From the IMG/VR virus record IMGVR_UViG_3300017593_000751, positions 1-64,000 of that record: 64,000 nt of DNA, one strand, 5' to 3'. This stretch comes from a virus. Numbering within the stretch: the stretch's first letter is position 1; each line of letters begins with the position of its first letter. Positions 1 through 9,291 of the stretch are shown in pieces. The notes under the pieces were generated by a model. The model did not search any database, was not told the DNA's origin, and saw only the letters and a list, made by a program, of their open reading frames with translations. The position numbers were made by a program, and so were the translations under genes.

Positions 1-142
1 AATCCTCAGGGTCTTTGTTCCGAACGGGGCTGAGTACGCCTATACCATGAAGGGCCAGATATTCCTCCGCATCCTCCCGCCACTCCAAATGGCGCGGCTC
101 TTTCGTAATGGTTCCGCAAAGGTAAACAAGAGGTTTGTTCAT
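1..142 (-). CDS. nucleoside 2-deoxyribosyltransferase-like protein (5' part; runs off window)
   Basis: Own translation from ATG at 142: MNKPLVYLCGTITKEPRHLEWREDAEEYLALHGIGVLSPVRNK, matching the YLxGxI...WR...VLSP pattern of the NDT-like family. Confidence 0.6.
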   Translation of the reverse strand, partial: MNKPLVYLCGTITKEPRHLEWREDAEEYLALHGIGVLSPVRNKDPED

Positions 143-174
143 ACCAAACCTTCCATTTCTCCCCCTTCCCAAGC

Positions 175-519
175 TCAATCTTTTTTCCCCTCTTTCACCA
201 AAGCAGCCAGAATCACGGCATAGTTGATAATGTCCAACACAGTGTCCTCGACCTTTTCATCTTCCACCAGCAAATTGCCAGCAGTGGCAAAAGTGGCCAA
301 TCGGCTAATCTTGTCGCACAAACGGACCAACACGCCTTCTTCCACGGAACATAGCCTCAAAACGGCACACAAACGAAAATTGGCGAAAGGGTCTTGGTCG
401 TCCCCCCTTTGCCCCGCGTAGTCGTGGTTCTTGCGGGCCATCAATTCCCTCGCCCGCTTGCACATCCCCGCATGATAATCAATCAGCTCTTTTCGATTCA
501 CGGCCTGCTCCAATACCAC
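175..519 (-). CDS. DUF1599 / nucleotide-modification-associated domain 1 protein
   Basis: KNHDYA...DPFANF...VRLCDKISRL...DEKVEDTVLDIINYAVI motifs. Confidence 0.75.
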   Translation of the reverse strand: MVLEQAVNRKELIDYHAGMCKRARELMARKNHDYAGQRGDDQDPFANFRLCAVLRLCSVEEGVLVRLCDKISRLATFATAGNLLVEDEKVEDTVLDIINYAVILAALVKEGKKD

Positions 520-875
520 TTGCCTTTACTTTTCCGCAGCAAGTCCCCTTCGTTCAATCGCCACTCCGTTATCCGCTCGCCAAACGGTCCTAAATCGTCC
601 ACTATGGCCGTAACCCGCTGGCCGTGCCAAGCGGAAGGAAACACATCACTACGAAGCTCACACTCGCATATCTCCAACTTCTCCAACAAAGCTGAAACCA
701 CGATAGGGGAGCTGCCGCAGAACCGTTCAGCCTTATAGCCCACCAAATAAATATCCGGCTCGTATTCCAACAGATGAATGAACCATCCCAAGAAGTCGCG
801 GAATACACGGGTGAACACCGTGGCCCCCCGCCGGTATCTTTCTCTGTCAACGGCCTCCGAAGCTTTTGTTGACAT
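498..875 (-). CDS. hypothetical protein
   Basis: ORF with AGGAGG RBS and upstream TATAAT, co-oriented with neighbours. Confidence 0.55.
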   Translation of the reverse strand: MSTKASEAVDRERYRRGATVFTRVFRDFLGWFIHLLEYEPDIYLVGYKAERFCGSSPIVVSALLEKLEICECELRSDVFPSAWHGQRVTAIVDDLGPFGERITEWRLNEGDLLRKSKGKWYWSRP

Positions 876-924
876 GGCCTAGTCCTCCTACACCCTATTA
901 TATGGCCGGCGTCTTATTATACGA

Positions 925-2247
925 CTAGACCAACTCCGCCGAAGCCGTGCCAGCTAAACTAAAGCCCGTAATCTCGCCGTCCTTTATGGCCTGCCAAAGC
1001 TCTTCGTACTTCTCAGGGACGTACACCGACAGATACCAATCGCCTTTGCGGACCTTGTGGCCGCTCTTGAGTGTGTCAGTTTCAGCTAAAAAGCACTCTA
1101 TCACCACAAGGTCCACGGGGCTGCCCTGGTGCATTATCTTCATCCTGCCTTTGGAGCGGATTCGCCAGTCCTTCAACGCCTTCCATAGCTCTTTTATATC
1201 GTCCACGAAATCACCCTGGCCGTCCACCTTTCGCGGACTGCCCAGCCCATACACCGGACCGGCCACAATGCGCTCCTCTTCGCTCTTGATAAACGAAGTC
1301 GCGGCCTTCTTGGGCTTGGTGGCCTCTTCCAAACTGGTTTTATAGCCATGTTCCTTCAGCCAAGCCCGGGCCTTGGCCGGAGTGAACTTGTTGGCGTCGA
1401 AGCGGATGCTTTGGAGCTTGGCCTTGCCGTTCTTTATGCCCCAGATAGCATGAATGCCTTGGCCGAACTTGTTGTTCTCACGGCGGAAATCGTCGAACTG
1501 CTTCGGGTCGAGCTGTCTCGCCGCATGTTCGCGGGGATAAGGCTTGCTGACGAAAGTAACGGGAGGAAGGCTGGTTTCCTCTTCTTCGGGTTCTTCGTGG
1601 GCTTCATCTTCTTTAGGCTCTTGGGCGTCATCGGACAAGCTGTCGTCCCTTTGGCCCAGTCTCTTGGCCAGCTCCGCCACTTCTTCGTCCGATAAGTCAG
1701 CTGTCTTTTTCCTCGGTAGCAGCACCAAATCGTACAAAGGCAATACCGGCGGCTCCATCCCTTCGGCATCTCGGCGGACCACTGCCGGCAGGCCGGTCTC
1801 GGCGGCCACCAACTCGGCCACCCGCTTCTCAATCTCGAAGGATATCTCATCACCGAACTGGTCGCTGTCCACGCGGACGTCCACCGTTCGGGCCGAACGT
1901 GGGCCAGCCACATAGGCCCCGGCCAAAGACACGGCGGCCGGGCGGATGACGATGGAAGGCAATTCCTCTACGTCCACGCCCCTTAGCCTCTTTCGGGCCA
2001 GCTTGCGGTCCAGCTCGCCGAGGGGCCATTCCTCGCCGCGTTTGGCCAACTCGGCGGAAATGACTTGATATGTCTCCAACAGCTCGCGCCGCCCGATGGA
2101 CTTCACCACGCCGACCTTGCCGGCGGCCAGACTGTCCCGCCAATTGCTTGCGGCCCTCCATAGCTGCTCGGCCCGGTGGCGGAGGTCTTTCAACTCACTA
2201 CTACTGAGCGACGCTACGTTGCCAACGCTAACGTCCTCTAGTCTCAT
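925..2247 (-). CDS. XkdF-like prohead/maturation protease with extra N-terminal domains
   Basis: C-terminal EERIVAGPVY...VDGQGD...MHQG...KGDWYLSV...LWQAIKDGEITGFSLAG; position downstream of head morphogenesis gene. Confidence 0.8.
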   Translation of the reverse strand: MRLEDVSVGNVASLSSSELKDLRHRAEQLWRAASNWRDSLAAGKVGVVKSIGRRELLETYQVISAELAKRGEEWPLGELDRKLARKRLRGVDVEELPSIVIRPAAVSLAGAYVAGPRSARTVDVRVDSDQFGDEISFEIEKRVAELVAAETGLPAVVRRDAEGMEPPVLPLYDLVLLPRKKTADLSDEEVAELAKRLGQRDDSLSDDAQEPKEDEAHEEPEEEETSLPPVTFVSKPYPREHAARQLDPKQFDDFRRENNKFGQGIHAIWGIKNGKAKLQSIRFDANKFTPAKARAWLKEHGYKTSLEEATKPKKAATSFIKSEEERIVAGPVYGLGSPRKVDGQGDFVDDIKELWKALKDWRIRSKGRMKIMHQGSPVDLVVIECFLAETDTLKSGHKVRKGDWYLSVYVPEKYEELWQAIKDGEITGFSLAGTASAELV

Positions 2248-2266
2248 AATGCTTCACCTTCCCAAT

Positions 2267-3706
2267 TTATTCTCCGGGTTTGACTATTTCTTCTCTCACG
2301 GGTCTCCAAGTGCAACGGCAGTTATGAACCACGAAGCCCTTGGCCACATAGCTTTCATCTTCTTCCACAGACAGATTGTAAAGCGTTATCGGGCGGGAGG
2401 GCTTAGAAACAGAAACAGAGGATATCGGAAGAAGGTCAAACCTAATCTCTTTTTCTTCTACCAGGAACTTCACCTTATCCCCAGCTTCAACCTCCCTCGC
2501 CCTTCGCCACTGCCCGTTTACCAACACGGGGTGGTCCGCCGTCAATTGAAGCTTCTTTCTCTTCATACTCCTCACGCCCAAAGACAAGGTAACAACCTCC
2601 GGTCTCTGTCGCGGCGTTCGGTGTACCTGGACCACTCGGCGGAATCTGCCTTTATGAGTTAAAACCAACTCTCCTATTCCAATCTTGCCTATCCCTTTCC
2701 AACCGTCCGCCGTATAGACAGGAGTTCCGAAATATGTCAGACAATTAACGTGAACAGGAATTATCCCATCCGCCTCTGCTATATTCCAAACGTGCCCATC
2801 ATAGCCCAGGCAAACAATACAGGCGTCCGCGCTGGACTCAAACTGCACGCGGGTCAACTTGGCCTCTCTGTACCCCGCCAGAGTCCCGGCCGAAACTGCG
2901 GTAGCCGTCTCCGTTCGAGCTATCATCTCCGCCCGATACCGCCGCATCTTCCGCCGCTGGCGCATAAGCTCGCGCTGGAGGCGGGCTCTGCGGGCCGGGG
3001 TCAGGCCCCCTCGCATGGAGGCATAACGCTCAGTCCACCTCTCTTCCACCCTCTCCAATGCCTTTATCTGTGGCCTATTCAGCCCCACCAAAGGTTCGCC
3101 GTCAGGCCCGGCCAGTCCGCGAATGTATCGCCCTATGGTCTCCATGCTCTGGCCGCGCTCAATCCCGCGAGCTATAACGTCGCGCAAGGCTTCCCGCGTG
3201 CTCTCGACAATGCGGGTAACTCTTTGCGCCGCGTTCTGTCTGGCCCATTCCACTGCATAACGATTTATCACTTCCCAAGAGGTCTTCCACTTGGCCAACT
3301 GAATCGCCCGGTCCATGCTCTGAGCATAGATGCTCATTTGCTGTCGGCCAAAAACCTGAGTGCCTTTATTAGTCAGGCAATTCCAATCCACCAAACGGGC
3401 GGTGATAGTATCGGGGTCCAGCTGTATCTTGTTTAGCTCTTGAGATTTTCGCAGCACGTCCGGCCCCAAATCAGAATATTCCGGCAGCCAAGGCCGGAGA
3501 TTTTCCATCAAGGACAAATCCGGCTCCATGCCTAAAATAAGCTGATGAACTACACCATACATCACGGCCTCGTCCATCAGCTTCAGCCAAGCGCGGACAG
3601 CCCGATAGAATCGCCGAACGTTGCGATTGTATATCTCCAACAGTCGGCGATGTGTTCGGGTTCTTCCACTCAGGGCTTTGCTTATGTCCATGAAAAACGA
3701 TGACAT
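2267..3706 (-). CDS. head morphogenesis protein (MuF/SPP1 gp7 family), intein-containing
   Basis: RAEMIARTET...DACIVCLGYDG...IPVHVN|CRC once the intein is removed. Confidence 0.85.
   Translation of the reverse strand: MSSFFMDISKALSGRTRTHRRLLEIYNRNVRRFYRAVRAWLKLMDEAVMYGVVHQLILGMEPDLSLMENLRPWLPEYSDLGPDVLRKSQELNKIQLDPDTITARLVDWNCLTNKGTQVFGRQQMSIYAQSMDRAIQLAKWKTSWEVINRYAVEWARQNAAQRVTRIVESTREALRDVIARGIERGQSMETIGRYIRGLAGPDGEPLVGLNRPQIKALERVEERWTERYASMRGGLTPARRARLQRELMRQRRKMRRYRAEMIARTETATAVSAGTLAGYREAKLTRVQFESSADACIVCLGYDGHVWNIAEADGIIPVHVNCLTYFGTPVYTADGWKGIGKIGIGELVLTHKGRFRRVVQVHRTPRQRPEVVTLSLGVRSMKRKKLQLTADHPVLVNGQWRRAREVEAGDKVKFLVEEKEIRFDLLPISSVSVSKPSRPITLYNLSVEEDESYVAKGFVVHNCRCTWRPVREEIVKPGE
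2321..2743 (-). other. mini-intein (141 aa, Hint only) in gp7
   Basis: Starts CLTYFGTPVYTADG, block B LTADHPV, ends YNLSVEEDESYVAKGFVVHN followed by C+1. Confidence 0.9.
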
Positions 3707-3723
3707 AACTAAAAGAGTTTAGC

Positions 3724-3930
3724 CTATTTTGTGTTCGTATTATTTGTGCCGGGCAAAGGCACCTCTTCGGCCCAGCCGAAAGCCTTCAACGCCGCTACAT
3801 AGGCTCTGGCCACTTCCCTGGCCTGCTTCTCCGCGCCCGGAGAATATGGCCAGACGAACACCTCTTGGAAGGCTGGAAGAAACAAGCCGACGGGCTCTTT
3901 GCTATCTCTGCTTTCCTTCTCCATCATCAT
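3724..3930 (-). CDS. hypothetical protein
   Basis: Short co-oriented ORF filling an intergenic gap. Confidence 0.45.
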   Translation of the reverse strand: MMMEKESRDSKEPVGLFLPAFQEVFVWPYSPGAEKQAREVARAYVAALKAFGWAEEVPLPGTNNTNTK

Positions 3931-3936
3931 ATTATC

Positions 3937-4074
3937 TCAACGTCCTGTTTGATACGTTCGCGGGGGCCGTACGGGCACCGCGCAAGGTGGCGGGCTCTTG
4001 GCCTTTCTTCTCGCCCTCTTGGTCAATACTTCCAACAGGCGAGCTAACCTTCGTTCTACCTTTCCGGCCTCCAT
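3937..4074 (-). CDS. small basic hypothetical protein (45 aa)
   Basis: Own translation MEAGKVERRLARLLEVLTKRARRKAKSPPPCAV...; GGGAGG RBS. Confidence 0.35.
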   Translation of the reverse strand: MEAGKVERRLARLLEVLTKRARRKAKSPPPCAVPVRPPRTYQTGR

Positions 4075-4901
4075 CCCGCCTCCCTGTCCGCTTTGTAAGC
4101 CTTGGCCCAAACGGCGGCCATGCGGTGCAAGTAAAAGTGAAGAGGGAAGTCCGTATCCACGTCCACGCCGGCGTCGGCCATCATCATATGGCCCAGCTCG
4201 TGCATCAAGACTTCCAGCGTTACATATCCGCTATCCAGACAACCGCTGGGCGAAACCCAAATCCTGGCCCGCTTTTCATCGCTTATCGGCTGGCACATGC
4301 CCCAACAGTCGCGGTCGCCTACCCAAGCCGGGGGGACGTCCTGGACATATAAATCCACGGTCCAGTCCTGAAGGCCCATGACCTCTTTGAACCAATAAAC
4401 TGCTTCGGCTCCCGATGCTTCCGTTAGCCCGCCCTTGTTCTTTCCTTCCGTTTCCGTTGCTTCCGTTTCCGTTGCTTCCGTTACTTCCGTTTCCTCTGTC
4501 TCTATAGCCTCTGTTGCTTCGGAAGGCCCTCCCCTCAACCGAACTGCTGATTCCCAACCGCCCCAGCCTTCCGGCGGAATCAACCTGCCCACCTCACCGG
4601 GGGCCACCGTGGCCACCGCCGTTACCGCCCGGAAATCAGGTGTGGGGGCAAAATAAAAAGGCAGCAATGCCCGCCCCTCCGAAGGCGGGGCGTCGGAATG
4701 GACCTCCACCAACCGAACCTCCTTTTCGTGGGGGAACCACCACACCTCCGTTATCTCGGGGACACAGGCACTGTCCACAGCCAATCTTTCGGCCAATTGG
4801 CGAATCCTCTCCCTGCCCCGAAAGGCCCCAACGGCCATAAGCCTCGCCCCTTCATCCCGCCTACCTTCTTTTCGTTCTTCACTCACCTTTTCGTCCTCCA
4901 T
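4056..4901 (-). CDS. two-domain protein with TEA-repeat linker and C-terminal HExxH zincin-like domain
   Basis: EVLMHELGH motif; acidic TEATE repeat linker; upstream TGcTATAAT. Confidence 0.6.
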   Translation of the reverse strand: MEDEKVSEERKEGRRDEGARLMAVGAFRGRERIRQLAERLAVDSACVPEITEVWWFPHEKEVRLVEVHSDAPPSEGRALLPFYFAPTPDFRAVTAVATVAPGEVGRLIPPEGWGGWESAVRLRGGPSEATEAIETEETEVTEATETEATETEGKNKGGLTEASGAEAVYWFKEVMGLQDWTVDLYVQDVPPAWVGDRDCWGMCQPISDEKRARIWVSPSGCLDSGYVTLEVLMHELGHMMMADAGVDVDTDFPLHFYLHRMAAVWAKAYKADREAGWRPER

Positions 4902-4905
4902 TACA

Positions 4906-5391
4906 TTATAGCATTCCCCCCTCCGCCGTGGAGCCGATGGACTCAAGCAAGCTGTTTCTTATCTCTTTCCAGCCTTCGCTCCCCTCGCCCACGGCTTGGG
5001 CTGGCACCTCTTGGCCGAAGATAGCTGACAGGCAACTGGCCGGCACCTCGCCGTCCTCGCCCAATATCGCCTCCAACTGTCCTAACAACACTCGGACAGC
5101 CCGGCGAAGTTGGGCCACTTCAGCTTGAAGCTCGCCGAACTCCGGGCGTTGAAGCATGGCCTGATAAGCATCGTAACCTTCGCCCAAGACGCGCAACAGT
5201 TCCGGGCCTACCAGAAGCACCTCCGGCTCGGCGTCCGGCGCAGCCCTGGCGGCTATCACCGTGTAAGGGTCCTCGCGGACAGCGGCCAAGATAGCGGGCA
5301 TTTTTTGGGCTAAGTTCTCAATGGCCACGTTTTTAGCCCTAATCTCTATTCGCGGGACGTTTGAAACGTTTTGAACGTTGATTTCATCCAA
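4906..5391 (-). CDS. hypothetical protein, weakly Phd/YefM antitoxin-like N-terminus
   Basis: NLAQKMPAILAAVRED..VIAAR....PEVLLVGPE pattern followed by coiled coil. Confidence 0.4.
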   Translation of the reverse strand: MDEINVQNVSNVPRIEIRAKNVAIENLAQKMPAILAAVREDPYTVIAARAAPDAEPEVLLVGPELLRVLGEGYDAYQAMLQRPEFGELQAEVAQLRRAVRVLLGQLEAILGEDGEVPASCLSAIFGQEVPAQAVGEGSEGWKEIRNSLLESIGSTAEGGML

Positions 5392-6910
5392 TGCTGTCTG
5401 TCTCCTCTACTTCGGCTTCTTTAGCTTCGGCCACCTCACGCTCCAGTTTGTTCAGTCTTTCGTCCACGGCTTGCTGAAGGGCCTGGACCTGGCGGACAAG
5501 CTCATCCTCCCTTTCTTCCATATCCCAAGCTTTTTCAGTCTCTATGCTCTCTATTGGCACCAACGTATTCTTCATATAGTACTGGTCGCCGCCTTCGTAG
5601 TCATCCAAGCCCAATCTCCTACGAGCGTCGTTAGGTGTAACAATACCGTGCTCTATCTGCCTGATTAGTCTATCGGTCAAACGGTCCTCATTCTCTTGGA
5701 CCAAGGCGCTCTTGTCAAACTCAATGCGATACTCCACCTCACCGGTGGGCTGCAAGTCAGACCACTTGGGCAGATAGAAGTTTTCCAGGCACGCCTCTAT
5801 CCGCCTCACTTTCGGCACGATGGTATCGCGGTGGAAGGCTTCTATCTGGAGGGCGTAGTTATCATACTTGGCGTGTTCTAACAGCCCCACCATCACGGGC
5901 GGCACGCCCAGAGCGGCCAAGATAGCCTGGCGGTTCTCCCGCCTGCCCTCCAAGAACTCCACGTCCTTGGGATTGAGTGAAATGGTCTGCCACTTGAGGT
6001 TTTTGCCCAGGATAAGCACCTGCCGGCCCTTGCCGGACAGAAAAGACTTTATCTGCTTACCCAAAGAGCGCATTTCGTAAGGCGTGATGGGCTTGTCTGT
6101 CTGAAGTATTCCCTCCGGTGTAATGCCGTGCTCAAAGAAGTCCAGATTCCATTGGGCCATTTGCTTGTCTTGACGCACATCGTCAATGGCTGGCTGGACA
6201 CTGCCCAACCCGAACCAATCGTTCAAGGGATGGAAATAACGGAAGGGAACGATTTCGTCCGGGCTGAAGTACTCTTTCTTGGCTCCTTTCTTGGTCTGGA
6301 AAACATACCTCTCTACTCCACGACCGTCCTTACGCGGTTCGGGCGTCAGGCGGTCGGGGCGAATAAGCCATAGCTCGGAGGGCTGGACTTGTTCATCCAC
6401 CACGGCCTCGCCCAGCTTCTTCTCGCGTTCTTCGTACACCACCTCCAAATAGGCCATGCCGCAGGTTTCGAGATAAATAACAAGGGCCTCCAACAGCTCA
6501 AGCCCTGTCATGGAATCATTGGGCCGGCGAAGCAGGCGGACGGCGGGATGGCCCGTCTTCTCCTTCTTCTCGCCAGTCTCCACGTTTATCTCATACAGCT
6601 TCGGCTCCAAAGGGGCGATGGTGGCGGCTATGGCGAAGATTCCGGCATAGGCCCATACATGGTCGGTGTAAAGCTTGACCCATTCTTCTGTATTCGCCGG
6701 CACTCGCACACGTTCGCCGTAGGCGAACAAGTCCTGAACGGCCACGGCAGCCGCACGGCTGGCCTTGGCGAAGAGATAATCGGTTTGTTCGGCTATCGGT
6801 GAGTTCTCGCCCAGCAACAGCTCTTTCAGCTCGCCCAACGGTATAGTTGAAACAGCTCCCCCTGAGACGACCGGAGCGATTGCAGCCTCGTCGCCCTTGC
6901 GCTCGGCCAT
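5384..6910 (-). CDS. phage portal protein (HK97-like)
   Basis: HPAVRLLRRPN, LWLIRPDR, EIVPFRYFHP..DWFGLGSV, FFEHG.TPEG, ILAALGVPP.MVG, TPNDARRRLGL. Confidence 0.95.
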   Translation of the reverse strand: MAERKGDEAAIAPVVSGGAVSTIPLGELKELLLGENSPIAEQTDYLFAKASRAAAVAVQDLFAYGERVRVPANTEEWVKLYTDHVWAYAGIFAIAATIAPLEPKLYEINVETGEKKEKTGHPAVRLLRRPNDSMTGLELLEALVIYLETCGMAYLEVVYEEREKKLGEAVVDEQVQPSELWLIRPDRLTPEPRKDGRGVERYVFQTKKGAKKEYFSPDEIVPFRYFHPLNDWFGLGSVQPAIDDVRQDKQMAQWNLDFFEHGITPEGILQTDKPITPYEMRSLGKQIKSFLSGKGRQVLILGKNLKWQTISLNPKDVEFLEGRRENRQAILAALGVPPVMVGLLEHAKYDNYALQIEAFHRDTIVPKVRRIEACLENFYLPKWSDLQPTGEVEYRIEFDKSALVQENEDRLTDRLIRQIEHGIVTPNDARRRLGLDDYEGGDQYYMKNTLVPIESIETEKAWDMEEREDELVRQVQALQQAVDERLNKLEREVAEAKEAEVEETDSIG

Positions 6911-6953
6911 TGTTTCCTCCTGATTTTATAGCTAAGTCGCCCGAAAGACAAAA

Positions 6954-7298
6954 CTATGGGCGAACGTCTCTCTTGATTTGAGTTTCCAGTTCGCTTTGTT
7001 TCAGGGCCGCCCTGTCCACAGAAGCCTCGTTGAAAACATACACCACTGCGGTCAGGACCATGCCCAAAACGGTCCCCGCCCGCAAGATAATCTCGGCCAC
7101 GCGGTCGCCGTTTTCATAGCCCAAGGCCGTGACCAACAGGGCAACTTCGGTGCCCAACGTGGTCAAGAACTTGCGAGACAGGAACTTACGAATAAAAGAC
7201 TTCCAGTTGACCCGAACCTTCACATCTACGGTCACCTCGTTCTTCTTCGGGCCTCTCTTCTTCGGCTCTTTCTTCTTCGGCATTTCACGCTCCTCCAA
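6954..7298 (-). CDS. holin-like membrane protein
   Basis: KFLSRKF motif followed by two hydrophobic helices and YVFNEASVD. Confidence 0.6.
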   Translation of the reverse strand: MEEREMPKKKEPKKRGPKKNEVTVDVKVRVNWKSFIRKFLSRKFLTTLGTEVALLVTALGYENGDRVAEIILRAGTVLGMVLTAVVYVFNEASVDRAALKQSELETQIKRDVRP

Positions 7299-7336
7299 TA
7301 AATAAGATAAATCAGAACAAGGGCCTTATGCCTTTT

Positions 7337-9283
7337 CTATCCTCCCACCAAGGCCGAAACCACGCCACTGGCCGAACTGCTGCCAGCAAAGGCGTACACC
7401 ACGGCGTCGGCAAAGTCGGGACTGTGGCCCATGCGCTTGATAATCTCTTTCTTGCTTTCCACCTGAATTGTTCTATCGCTGGCCGTTACGGAATAGCGGA
7501 TATCGCCCAGCTCGTTGATAAGCTCGTCCAAGTCGGGCAGTTGTATCATGCCCCTCTCCAACAAAGACCTTAGCTCCCAATACCATTGTGCTCTCTTGTT
7601 CAAGAACCCTTCATCGTCCGCCCGCTCACCGCCAATCATAGCCTGAACCGGATAACTAAGATGAGCCAACTGGTCAAACACGCCCTTGCCTATACCCACG
7701 GCGTCTATCTTGATTAGGCTGGGCCTGAACTTGTCCGCCAGGGCGGCTATCTTGGCCGTGGTCAGCATGGTGTCCGGGTCGCCCGGTTCGGCCAGCACCA
7801 CGTCCCCCCGGAAACCTCGCCTACGAACCACAACGGTCTTGTCGGAGCCTCCGGCGGCTATGTCCACGCCGAACTCTACGGGCCGGCCCGGCGGAACCCG
7901 CCGCCTCCTGGCCGCTTCCAGCCAAGGGGCGATATAGATGCAAGTATAGTCCACGGCAGCCGACCAGTCGCCCTCCAGGAACCGCCTAACCCAATCAGGG
8001 TCGTGACTGTGCTCGGCCCGCAGGTCTTCTTCATACTCAGGATGAAGATTAGCTGCATTGTCCCTCACGCTAGAACGGATAAAGATATGATTCGGCAGCT
8101 GCTGGTCCACGAAGGTCGTTTTCACCCAGCCCATAGAAGGGTTGCAAGTGGCCGCCACTCTCGGCGGAGGATATTCCATCTTGCCGGTGGCGGCGTTACG
8201 GCACTTGACTCGCGGGACGCGGGTGCCCAGGAATCGATACAGCTTTTCCGGCACATCTGTAACCTCATCGATATAAACCGCGTTCAGCTCCAAGCTCTTG
8301 ACCACTGAAAACGGGTCGCCGGCCGACGGCGAGCTGGGCCGAAGGCCGCCATAAACGATGCGACTGCCATTTACCAAGTCAATATAGTTTTCTTGCTGAT
8401 TATGAGCTACAACTAGACCGGGAATGCTCAAAACCCATTCGCGGAGGGTCAAGTAAGTGGTCTTTTTGAATGCCGCCAGCTCGTAGCGGAAGATTCCCAC
8501 ACGGTTGCCGTGCCAAGCCAAGCACATGCGGAGGGCGTCGTTGACCAGCCAGGCCGAGTTATGAGTTGGAACCATGGACTCGCCGACCAAGAACAGCCCG
8601 GTCGGATTGTCAACGGTGATGCAACGCATGGGCCGAGGCTCAACCTCTTCGCAGGACCGGATAAAGCTAAACACCCCGTCGGTTCCCGAAGAATTATTGG
8701 CCCCCAGCCGAACCCCTAAAGGGCAAGGGCCGCCGGACGGTTCCTTCTTCCCCAAGACTAAAGGGGCGGCTACGGGGACGGCGTGGTTGGGCAGCCCTTT
8801 ATCTGTTTTCAACGTCCTAGCTATCTCTTCCGTAGTTCGTATTGCCCCCGTCGGCAAGGGAGGCGAACCATAACGTCCGGCCTTTGCTTTAGTTTTTCTC
8901 CTTCTCTTTTCATCACAGCAACAGGTCAAAGCCCTCCGCTCTCTGTAATCAAACGTCCACCACTGATGGTCGGCGCAGGCAAACAAAACCGAGCCGTCAT
9001 CAAACTCCAATCGAAAACTCCGGGGGCGAAGCTCAACAGGATGGGCCTTCAACACACGACAAGGCTTGCCCAACTCGGACAAAACGAGGTCCCCATCCTT
9101 CAAGTCCCCCATCGTAGTCCACCCGGTTGGAGTAGGAACAGGAGTAGCCAAATCTAGCATCTTCCCGCCAGCGACCGCCCCACCATATAAAATATGCTTT
9201 TCCTTGGCTAAGTGCGCGCGGACCTGGTTCGGGAAGGGTGTCCAAGGGATAACGATGCGTTTCTCTTTCGTTGGTTCAATCAA
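7337..9283 (-). CDS. terL: terminase large subunit, intein-containing
   Basis: Walker A YGGAVAGGK|S, Walker B VYIDEV, ATCNPS.GWVK, nuclease GVDIA...D and SPDFADA. Confidence 0.95.
   Translation of the reverse strand: MIEPTKEKRIVIPWTPFPNQVRAHLAKEKHILYGGAVAGGKMLDLATPVPTPTGWTTMGDLKDGDLVLSELGKPCRVLKAHPVELRPRSFRLEFDDGSVLFACADHQWWTFDYRERRALTCCCDEKRRRKTKAKAGRYGSPPLPTGAIRTTEEIARTLKTDKGLPNHAVPVAAPLVLGKKEPSGGPCPLGVRLGANNSSGTDGVFSFIRSCEEVEPRPMRCITVDNPTGLFLVGESMVPTHNSAWLVNDALRMCLAWHGNRVGIFRYELAAFKKTTYLTLREWVLSIPGLVVAHNQQENYIDLVNGSRIVYGGLRPSSPSAGDPFSVVKSLELNAVYIDEVTDVPEKLYRFLGTRVPRVKCRNAATGKMEYPPPRVAATCNPSMGWVKTTFVDQQLPNHIFIRSSVRDNAANLHPEYEEDLRAEHSHDPDWVRRFLEGDWSAAVDYTCIYIAPWLEAARRRRVPPGRPVEFGVDIAAGGSDKTVVVRRRGFRGDVVLAEPGDPDTMLTTAKIAALADKFRPSLIKIDAVGIGKGVFDQLAHLSYPVQAMIGGERADDEGFLNKRAQWYWELRSLLERGMIQLPDLDELINELGDIRYSVTASDRTIQVESKKEIIKRMGHSPDFADAVVYAFAGSSSASGVVSALVGG
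8558..9160 (-). other. class-3-type mini-intein (201 aa) in the TerL Walker A motif
   Basis: Begins with Met; DHQW (W), MRCITV (C) and VPTHN (T) give the WCT signature; S+1. Confidence 0.85.
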
Positions 9284-9291
9284 CTTAGCCG

